NCBI GenBank assembly: GCA_964016885.1
Contig: OZ024751.1
Location: 53,506,001-53,570,000, forward strand
Source of the DNA: Eledone cirrhosa
Taxonomy: Eukaryota
Direction: 5' to 3'
Length of the DNA stretch: 64,000 bases
Both the position numbers and the translations under genes were made by a program. How positions within the stretch are numbered: the first letter of the stretch is position 1; the number at the start of each line of letters is the position of its first letter. This document shows, piece after piece, positions 54,360 through 64,000 of this stretch. A model generated the notes under the pieces. That model saw only the letters and a program-made list of their open reading frames with translations, ran no database searches and was not told the origin of the DNA.

Positions 54360-54360
<1 letters not shown>
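53953..54360. mobile_element. mariner-type MITE with one left and two right TIRs
   Basis: TA-CGAGGGCAATCCCAAAAGTAAGGTCTCC at 53953; inverted copies end at ~54143 and 54360, each followed by TA. Confidence 0.82.
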
Positions 54361-54404
<44 letters not shown>

Positions 54405-54459
54405 CACACACATAAATATATATACATATATACATAAATATATATATACACACATATAC

Positions 54460-54491
<32 letters not shown>

Positions 54492-54874
54492 GTATATATA
54501 TATACCAATGAAATCATATCCACTCTCTTGCTCTGGAACCCTGACTCCAGCCTGACTAAGAGTAGGAGGCTGTCATTCCCTTACGTTATCTCTAGGGATA
54601 CGGGAATCAGTAGACAGGACCTGGGGGACAGGGAATTCTGGGGCATGAGAGTGAGATCCATCATCTCGACAGTAGTCGACGAATGATGATGATGATATAT
54701 ATATACACATATATATACATATATATATATATACATATATATATATACATATATATACATACATATATATATATACACATATATATATATAAATATATAC
54801 ATATCTATATATATATACATATATACATATATATATATATATGTATACATATATACATATATATATATACATAT

Positions 54875-55223
54875 GGAGGCAGATGGCTTAGTGGTTAGAG
54901 CATTGGCCTTGCAATCGAAAGGTTGTGAGTTCAATTCTCAGACCGGGTGATGTGTTGTTTCCTTGAGCAAGACACTTTATTTCACATTGCTCCAGTTTAC
55001 TCAGCTGTAGAAATGAGATGATAGGGATTGGGGTCCATATCATTCCACTGCAACGTGGTCGTGGAGGTGTCACGGCAAAAAAAGCACCCAGCACTCACTG
55101 TAAATGAGGTTGGTGTTAGGAAGGGCATCCAGCTGTAGAAATCAAGCCAGAATCACTTCCCGTCCCACCCTTGCAAGCAGGGAAAAGTGGACGTAAAATG
55201 ATGATGATGATGATGATGATGAT
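54875..55223 (+). mobile_element. SINE family 1
   Basis: Full-length copy. Confidence 0.85.
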
Positions 55224-55314
55224 ATATACATATATATATATATATATACATATATACATATATATACATATATATACATACATATATATATATACATATA
55301 TATACATACATGTA

Positions 55315-55486
55315 GGGGCTCCCACACTAGAAGAGGAAGACCAAGGTTAACGTATGTTGATGCCCTAAGGACAGACACTGGTCTGTTGGAGATGCAGGAC
55401 ATGGCAGCGATAATGAGGGACAGAGACCGCTGGAGAGAACTCGTCCATGGATCTCGGGAATTTTACCCGCCTTAGATAGATAGATA
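55315..55486 (+). mobile_element. RTE-type LINE 3' end
   Basis: RRGRPRLTYVDALRTDTG...MRDRDRWRELV plus (TAGA)n tail; other probable RTE ends at 54510-54695 and 63115-63238. Confidence 0.72.
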
Positions 55487-55698
55487 TACATACATATATA
55501 TACATATATACTCTTTTACTCTTTTACTCTTTTACCTGTTTCAGCCATCCGGCTGAGGCCATGCTGGGGCACCGCCCTATATATATACATATATACATAC
55601 ATATATATATATACATATATATACATACATATATATATATACATATATATATACATACATATATATATATATACATACATATATATATATATACATAC

Positions 55699-55729
<31 letters not shown>

Positions 55730-55753
55730 CATATATATATACATACATATATA

Positions 55754-55805
<52 letters not shown>

Positions 55806-55845
55806 CATATATATACATACATATATATATATATATACATACATA

Positions 55846-55897
<52 letters not shown>

Positions 55898-55940
55898 CAT
55901 ATATATACATACATATATATACATACACTTATATATATAT

Positions 55941-55971
<31 letters not shown>

Positions 55972-56221
55972 CATACATACACACATATATATACAGTTTT
56001 CTAAGCCATTTGGGATGTTGACTACTTTCATATACAATATTCTTTTCATATTTTGTCAATATTTAAAGAAGAAAAAGAAAAATATCTACTTTTATTTTAT
56101 AACCACCAATACGTGTAGTAATTGTTGTTGGTTTGGTTCTTTTGGTTGTTGTTGTTGTTAATGTTCAGTCCTAATTGAGAAAGGACCAAAGATCAAAGCT
56201 AAAAGGTGGCCCATAAATGGA

Positions 56222-56432
56222 TTTACCATTTATAAATTTAATAACATGTTTTTTAACAATAATTTATTTTAAATTTTAATTTCAAGTTTTGAAAATATGT
56301 TACTAGGAAGTTTTCCACAATAAAAATTTATCATGGAAAATTTCCCATGTAAAATATTTTCAAAATCTGAAATCAAAATGAAAAATATATTATTGTAAAA
56401 AAAAAGTTATTAAATTTTAAAATAGTAAAACT
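56222..56432. repeat. AT-rich imperfect fold-back, probable old MITE
   Basis: tttaccattt..aaatttaataac / gttattaaattt..aaatagtaaa, with inner ttttgaaaatat / atattttcaaaa. Confidence 0.55.
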
Positions 56433-56619
56433 ATTTAATGTAATTTCATATGGGAATATGTATACAAGCAAAGGTGTGTTAAGGAGGTAAGAAGCTTGTG
56501 GTTTTTAGTGCATTCAATAGTGCCATACAAAACAATGAACAAGTATCTTTTACATTAGCATAATTCACCAAATTACTGTTAGTGGAGCTTAATAGCAGTG
56601 AAAGTGTTTTACAAGACCT

Positions 56620-56700
<81 letters not shown>

Positions 56701-56722
56701 CATATATATATACATATATATA

Positions 56723-56880
56723 CAGTGAGATTCCGTTATAAGGAAATTCATGGGGTATAAAAAAATTTTCGTTTTAACAAAAAATTCTTTATAACGAGAT
56801 CGACCAAAATTCATCAAGCTTGTGGCCATTTTACTGAAAAATTTGTTATAATGGTATTTGTTATAACAGAATTTTACCTG
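56723..56880. mobile_element. pogo/Tigger-like MITE
   Basis: TA-CAGTGAGATTCCGTTATAA ... TTATAACAGAATTTTACCTG-TA imperfect TIRs, internal GTTATAA subrepeats. Confidence 0.6.
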
Positions 56881-57034
56881 TATATTCATTATTTAATGTC
56901 TACTTTCCCTGCTAGCAAAGATTGGACAGGTCTACATAAACCAAGTCAATACTGAAAAGGGGCTACTGATATATATTTCTGACATATTTCATTGCATGAG
57001 GGATGGGAGAGTGATGTGGACAATAGCTACTTAC

Positions 57035-57139
57035 TCTGTGGTCATCAGAGAGCCGTTTGGTCAGGTGGTCAACAGATCTTCGAATTCTAGTTGGTAATAA
57101 CGAATGTGTCAGTACATAGTGGTCAGTCAGAGGTGAAAT
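57035..57139 (-). CDS. PCSK1: Proprotein convertase PC1/3-like, prodomain exon (first coding exon found in window)
   Basis: cag|ATT...AGA|gtaagt, 105 bp, ISPLTDHYVLTHSLLPTRIRRSVDHLTKRLSDDHR; resembles the PC1/3 prodomain (HITKRLSDDDR) and the human exon 2 size as recalled. Confidence 0.9.
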
Positions 57140-57520
57140 CTGAAGAAAAAAAAAGATACATTATGATAGATATGTGTGTGTGTAAATAATTTTAGGTTGT
57201 TTAATTGTTTCTTAACTCTTAACATCCTGTACCATATGAAACCACATTAGCAAGACATTCTTAAAAAGTACAAAACAACACAACATTGCATTAAAAATTG
57301 ATGACTTTACTCAATAATATTGAAAATGTTCACATTGATTTGTCCAAGAGTAAGGATACTATAAACATTTGAATTAACAAATATATATTTAAATATTTTC
57401 TGCTAAATAATTATAAGAAGTTAAAATTTAATGTTTAATTGCAATTATCATTTTCATATCACTGAAAAGTGTTTTTTTAATTTCTCCTGTAACAAGATGC
57501 TTCTTCTTCTTAATAATAAT

Positions 57521-57850
57521 AATAATGAAATTATTGTGTACAGTGCTCAGGTGCACTACAACTCATCAAAGGTGCATGTATAGTACATAGAATAATATAC
57601 AAATGTCAGGTAACTGAATAGTGAATGAGGAATGATATACATGTGTGCGTGTGTATGGAGGGGGAATATTAGGTGTAGTGTTGGGGAATCTCAGGAAGCA
57701 TGGAGGTTTTAAAGGATGCAGTGTCTCAACAGCTAACAACAGATGCAGGTAGTTTGTTCCATGCTTCAGCAACTCTGAGCATGAAAAAATGTTTCCGAAA
57801 GTCGTGGGAGCTGTGCTGTTTTCTGACTTTGTTGGCATGCCCACGTGTTC
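57521..57850 (-). mobile_element. CR1-type LINE 3' fragment
   Basis: TRGHANKVRKQHSSHDFRKHFFMLRVAEAWNKLPASVV plus (ATT)n tail; shorter copy at 28594-28790. Confidence 0.78.
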
Positions 57851-58108
57851 TACAATCCCTTCTCCCCAAGAAATATATAAATACTGAACTTGACCAAAAT
57901 TATTTGACATTCCTGATGATTTCAAATGAATAAAAGAGTTCTAGTCTTGTAGAAGATAATTCTATATGAAATAAATAAATTTATATATAACCTCTGTGGG
58001 AGACCCTGAGCTAACTCGCTGGGAAATGCGTGTAACAGTCAATACACAATGAAAATACTAAATACATGTAAACAAAACATCATTGTTCTTATAAATATAT
58101 ATATATAT

Positions 58109-58432
58109 GGAGACACATGGCTTAGTGGTTGGAGCATTGGCCTTGCAATCGAAAGGTTGTGAGTTCAATTCTCAGACCGGGTGATGTGTTGTTTCCTTGA
58201 ACAAGACACTTTATTTCAGATTGCTCCAGTTTACTCAGCTGTAGAAATGAGATGATAGGGACTGGGGTCCATATCATTCCACTGCAAAGTGGTCGTGGAG
58301 GTGCCACAGCAAAAAAGCACCCAGCAAATGAGGTTGGTGTTAGGAAGGGCATCCAGCTGTAGAAATCAAGCCAGAATCAGTTCCTGTCCCACCCTTGGAA
58401 GTATGGAAAAGCGGACGTAAAATGATGATGAT
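58109..58432 (+). mobile_element. SINE family 1
   Basis: Full-length copy with a small deletion. Confidence 0.85.
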
Positions 58433-58472
58433 ATATGTTTATATGTATCTATATAAATATAGTTTCCATTTA

Positions 58473-58544
<72 letters not shown>

Positions 58545-58582
58545 ATATTAATAAATGGAAACTATATTTATAAAACCATAAT

Positions 58583-58648
58583 TATTTTATTATATATATT
58601 TCAAGGGCAACTAAGGCAAATTATGGTGCGCTTTCATCAGATAAAATA
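58583..58648 (-). ncRNA. Hammerhead ribozyme in an orphan pLTR fragment (58541-58790) related to element A
   Basis: stem I TATTTTAT/ATAAAATA, CTGATGA, stem II AAG-GCA/TGC-CTT, GAAA, TATATA, AUA. Confidence 0.78.
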
Positions 58649-58785
58649 CAGATTTGTTTTATAAATAAATAGACATACCCGGATAAAAGACAACCTTAAC
58701 GGTTGAAGTTCTTTGTTGAGTGCTTTATATCAGTTATAAAATGTTTAAGCTTGTTGAATCCCAACAAATTAAATATAACCTCTGC

Positions 58786-58843
<58 letters not shown>

Positions 58844-58965
58844 GGTAAACATTGATGCAATTCAATTCAAGCACTCAATGTACTTTTCCACATAGGAGTG
58901 ACGGAGTAAATATCGAATAAGGAAAAGCGAAGTAGTTTCAGATGTTCAAGTCCTTTAATAATAAT

Positions 58966-59039
58966 GCTGTGATATATATTTCAATGACGACACTGGCACC
59001 ACTGTTCTGTGTGCGAGTGTCGTGACATCATCAGACAGC
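58966..59039 (-). ncRNA. Hammerhead ribozyme, left (mirror) arm of palindrome
   Basis: Reverse complement of 59182-59255 with one substitution. Confidence 0.68.
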
Positions 59040-59181
59040 TTGTTACATAATAAGGTTGTTTCCGAGGCAATCCAAATTGAATCGACATGGGAACGGATGA
59101 AGTTCGTGCTTTTGGGTTTTTCATCCGTTCCCATGTCGATTCAATTTGGATTGCCTCGGAAACAACCTTATTATGTAACAA

Positions 59182-59255
59182 GCTGTCTGATGATGACACG
59201 ACACTCGCACACAGAACAGTGGTGCCAGTGTCGTCATTGAAATATATATCACAGC
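59182..59255 (+). ncRNA. Hammerhead ribozyme, right arm of palindrome
   Basis: GCTGT-CTGATGA-long stem II (ACGACACT/AGTGTCGT)-GAAA-TATATA-TC-ACAGC; base of stem II imperfect. Confidence 0.7.
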
Positions 59256-59278
59256 ATTATTATTAAAGGACTTGAACA

Positions 59279-59280
<2 letters not shown>

Positions 59281-59318
<38 letters not shown>

Positions 59319-59387
59319 CAAATGTGCATTGATTCAATTATATAAACACATGCATGTATATATATATCCATATTCATACATACATAG

Positions 59388-59440
<53 letters not shown>

Positions 59441-59509
59441 CAAATGTGCATTGATTCAATTATATAAACACATGCATGTATATATATATCCATATTCATA
59501 CATACATAG

Positions 59510-59562
<53 letters not shown>

Positions 59563-59636
59563 CAAATGTGCATTGATTCAATTATATAAACACATGCATG
59601 TATATATATATCCATATTCATACATACATAGACACA
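59281..59636. repeat. Three tandem ~120-bp units containing (TA)n
   Basis: catatacaaatgtgcattgattcaattatataaacacatgcatg...catagacac repeated three times. Confidence 0.9.
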
Positions 59637-59979
59637 TGAGGGAAATAACAAGTGCAAGAAAGACTTCAGCAAAGTCAAGCATATGACTCAAGGCAGTGAT
59701 AGTATTTGTTGTTGTTTGTTTTGCTGGTGTTGATATTGTTATTATTGCTGTTGCTACTGTTGATGTTGTTCTTACTGAAGTGGGTGTTCTTAATACATGT
59801 TAATACAAGAGAATCTTTGAGCTAAAAACTTGTGACTTCGTGAAAAGTAAAGAATAAATACAAAAGACCATAACATACATAGATACATACTTTTATATAA
59901 ACGTGTGTATATATATATATATATATATATATGCGTATGTATATATATATATATATGCGTATGTATATATATATATGCG

Positions 59980-60011
<32 letters not shown>

Positions 60012-60057
60012 CGTATATATATATATGTATGTATATATATATATTTATATACGCATA

Positions 60058-60092
<35 letters not shown>

Positions 60093-60097
60093 GCATA

Positions 60098-60129
<32 letters not shown>

Positions 60130-61011
60130 CGCATATATTTATATATATATATATATATATACGCATATATATATATATATATATACGTATATATATATAT
60201 ATATACGTATATATATACGTATATATATATATACGTATATATATATATATATACGTATATATCTATATATATATATACGTATATATATATATATATATAT
60301 ATACGTATATATATATATATATATATAATCATATTTACCAGCTCTTCCCTCCCCAACAACTTTCTAAAGTCTATCAATATCACTAAAGTTATGTTTACAC
60401 ACTGTCACTACTCAATTTACCCACACTATTTGTCTTATATCCTATTGTATTCAGTCTTATTCAATGATAATGTTCTTTTCTGTAAGGAGGGGGGGGGGGG
60501 CAACCAGTGTGAGAAATAAAGATATTAATAATAATATTATTGATATTTTTGTTGTTCTTGATACTGTTGTCGTTGTTACTGTTGTTATTGTCATTGCTGT
60601 TGGTTTTGTTCTTCTTGTTCATTCTGTTGTTGTTGTTATTGTCATTGCTGTTGTTGTCATAGCTGTTGTTGTTTTTGTTGTTGTTATTAAGAAAAATGTC
60701 CCTTCTAAGTAGAAGATCCATTTCCAACTTATCTTCACTTTCCATTTGGAAAGTAAATAAAGTTATTTATTTTGTTCAGCCAACTTTAATATCTGTTTTG
60801 CTTTCTTCTGTTTTTGTTTTTGTTTTTTTTGTATTTTTAAATTGTTGTTGGCATTGTTGTTTAGTAATTGTTGTTGTTGTCGTTGTGTACCTTTATTGTT
60901 AGTAATAGCGTTATTGTTAAGTTGTGTGAAGGGTGGTGGAATTTAAAAATTGAATTGAACTAGTAACTTTCACTGTATTGTTGACTAGAGAAAATACTCT
61001 ATAATGGGCAT

Positions 61012-61084
61012 TAGCATATGTGGGAATCAAACCCACACCTCTTATTTTCATAATAAGTGTGATAGCCAGTTACACTAACTTGCC
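61012..61084 (-). pseudogene. tRNA-like sequence (pseudo-tRNA or SINE head)
   Basis: D arm GTG/CAC, anticodon stem CTTAT/ATAAG, T arm GTGGG-TTTGATT-CCCAC; non-canonical loops and mismatched acceptor stem. Confidence 0.5.
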
Positions 61085-61282
61085 CATCCCTTTTTCTCCA
61101 TTTAATTCAGAAGCTATACTTTAATAGCAATATATATGTAAACATGATTAGAAGACGGTGATGGAATTTAAAAATTGAATTGAATTAGTAACTGTCACCA
61201 TATTTTTAGCTACAAAAAATGGTCTAATAACAAGGCATGTATATATATATACATATACATGTATATATATATATACATGTAT

Positions 61283-61665
61283 ATCATCATCATCATCATC
61301 ACCGCTTTTCCTTGCTTGCAATGGTGGGAGAGGAACTGATTCTGGCTTGATTTCTACAGCTGGATGCCCTTCCTAACACCAACCTCATTTACAGTGAGTG
61401 CTGGGTGCTTTCTTGCCGTGGCACCTCCACGACCACTTTGCAGTGTGGGCTGGGTGCTTTTTTGCCGTGGCACCTCCACGACCACTTTACAGTGGAATGA
61501 TAGGAACCCCAGTCCCTATCATCTCATTTCTACAGCTGAGTAAACTGGAGCAATGTGAAATAAAGTGTCTTGCTCAAGGAAACAACACATCACCCGGTCT
61601 GAGAATTGAACTCACAACCTTTCGATTGCAAGGCCAATGCTTTAACCACTAAGCCATGTGCCTCC
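61283..61665 (-). mobile_element. SINE family 1
   Basis: Full-length copy with an internal ~50-bp duplication. Confidence 0.85.
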
Positions 61666-63421
61666 ATGTATATATATATATATATATATATTGTCAGCGA
61701 TTAAATGATTTAAACATAAGTTTGATACTTGTGTATTCTATATTACTGCTCTGTATAACACCTGATGTTCTTACATTGAGCTATTTCTCTTTCTGGTAAT
61801 AAGGTAGTAATACATTACTGTCCTTACCTGTTTATAGTTGTATATAGTGTATACATAACTATAAATAGTATCTTTAATATTATGTATATATATATATACA
61901 TATATATCCATTATATATATATATCCATTATATATATATATATCCATTATATATATATATCCATTATATATATATATCCATTATATATATATATATCCAT
62001 TATATATATATATCGTATATATATATATATCGTATATTTATATATATATATATATATACATATGTATATATATATATAATGGATAGAAAATGAAGAAATT
62101 TAAGCCAATTTATGTTTCACTTATGTTTCAACAAACAAGAAAAATTAAGAATTGAAATAGTGAAAAAACTCACTCAAACTCCAATACAAATATATATATA
62201 GAAATATGTGCATATATTACAATTTCAGCATTGGCTCAAAGATTACTAGAATGACGAACATGTATAGAAGATCTACTAAGTAACGTTAGTGAATTAAAAT
62301 ATATTAAGTAAACATTTTTCCACCACTTTCCTTCTCTCTTTGCTTTCCTCACTCTTGTTCTGTGGTTTTCTGGAAAAAAAATAGCACCCAGTGTTCTCAC
62401 ACCATAGCTTGATTTGTATATATTTATTGTACATCTGGTCTAGTCTCTTTCCATCCTTATTGTTGATGGTTGGGGACCACAAACATTGGCACCAAATGTT
62501 CATATATGATGCTACATGTCCATGATTTTCATAGGGAAAAAAGTGACTTCAGTGCATCCCAAATCCTTGTCTCACCATTATTCAGAATATGACTACTGAG
62601 CTGCAGCTCATCTGCCTTTATCACAAGGATGAAACCATTGGCCACTTGAAAGGTTGTCACCAAGGTGACTAAGGAATCCCGTCTACACTGAGTCTGAAAT
62701 CAGACAGACAGCCAACCCTAGCTAATGAGTTCTGACTACTCATTTATTATTTTTACACACTCTCCTAAGTTCCGCCAACCTTTGGCAGGCTTTGTTTTCA
62801 CATCTCGCAGATTGTCCAAAAATCACTCTTCTCACCAAGTAGGCTTGGTGGGGGGATGCTGGTTTAGTTGCCAATGACTTCACCATGGGACAGGTTGTAC
62901 TGGATTACATGTTACCAGTAGAGCGTAAGAGTGGCCTGACATAATTACACATAAACATTATATATATAATAGGCATTTACGGACTGAGTTCAAATCCCGC
63001 CGAGGTTAACTTTGCCTTTCATCCTTATGGGGTCGATAAAATAAAGTACCAGTAATGCACTGGGTAATTGCTGGCCTTGTGCCAAAAGTGGAAACAATTA
63101 TATATATAATAGGCGTGAGGCTGGCTGCAACCATGAGGAATGGGGAGAGGTGAAAGGAATGGAAGGAGCTGGTTACCAGATCATCTGTGGCGCCCTAACG
63201 GTCCACCAAACTATGGGACAGATAAGATAAGATAAGATATATATATATATATTCACTCACACACATACATATATACACATGGCAGCTGTTGAAACTGCTC
63301 ACCTTTTATATGCCATATATTGCACACACTTGCATCCATCTTAACGTCTTTAAAATAACACCTCACTATTAATTTCATTTTCTTACATGGAACATTAAAC
63401 TTCATTTTTTTCCCGCTTCTA

Positions 63422-63655
63422 ATGATGATGGTGGTGGTGGTGGTGGTGATGGTGGGGTGGGGGGATGGTGGTGGTGATGATAGTGGTGGTGGTGGTGGTG
63501 GTGATGATAGTGGTGGTGGTGGTGGTGATGGTGGTGGTGGTGATGATGGTGGTGGTGGTGGTGGTGATGATAGTGGTGGTGGTGGTGGTGGTGGTGGTGA
63601 TGATAGTGGTGGTGGTGGTGGTGATAGTGGTGGTGGGGGGTGGGGGTGGTGGTGA
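63422..63655. repeat. (GGT/GAT)n triplet repeat
   Basis: Direct reading. Confidence 0.93.
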
Positions 63656-64000
63656 TATATATATTGTAATGATAATAATTGTTTCTACTTTTGGCACAAG
63701 GCCAACAAATACCCAGTGCATTACTGGTACTTTATTTTATCGACCCCGTAAGGATTAAAGGCAAAGTTAACCTCTGCGGGATTTGAACTGTAATTGTAAT
63801 GATAATAATATTTGTTGATAATGAAGGTGACAATATGTATTATAATGGTGGTGGTGGTGCCGAATATGTTGAGGAATAAATGAGGCGGGTGAGTCAGTTT
63901 GAAAATTAGAAGTAGGAGTAGACAGTAAGAGATAGAGAGAGATGAGGGGGAATGAGGAGGATAGCGAGGAAGATAGGAAGAGAGAGAAAGGATGGAGAAA

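Larger units (their letters stand above)
58841..59281. mobile_element. Inverted Penelope pLTR pair with a one-sided tail
   Basis: 162-bp arms 58940-59101 and 59120-59281, 18-bp spacer, ~100-bp left extension, (TA)n on both sides. Confidence 0.8.

Noticed and set aside
57140-64000. Search for the signal-peptide first exon
   Set aside because: No convincing NEWA..GG-type prodomain start found; probably beyond the window.

Overview
Eukaryotic, very AT-rich, microsatellite-dense animal DNA. The repeat content (CORE-type and Meta-type tRNA SINEs, RTE tails, long (TA)n runs) suggests a coleoid cephalopod such as Octopus; this is an inference. Most ORFs in the supplied track are microsatellite artefacts. 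The one host gene is a minus-strand proprotein convertase of the PC1/3 (PCSK1) type. Ten GT-AG coding exons were reconstructed (57139 down to 1924), covering the prodomain and the whole catalytic domain; the first exon and the P-domain exons were not found in the window. The introns hold two 5'-truncated Penelope-like retroelements of Naiad type (RT, CxCx5C linker, GIY-YIG), each ending in a hammerhead ribozyme, plus several orphan hammerheads and many short palindromes with one-sided tails inserted in (TA)n. They also hold Helitron, Tc1/mariner and piggyBac-like MITEs and LINE remnants. The most striking object is a 3.8 kb fully palindromic Merlin/IS1016-type element (45045-48872). It consists of two head-to-head dead transposase copies bounded by a perfect 8-bp TSD, nested in the 3' UTR of a Penelope element inside a convertase intron.
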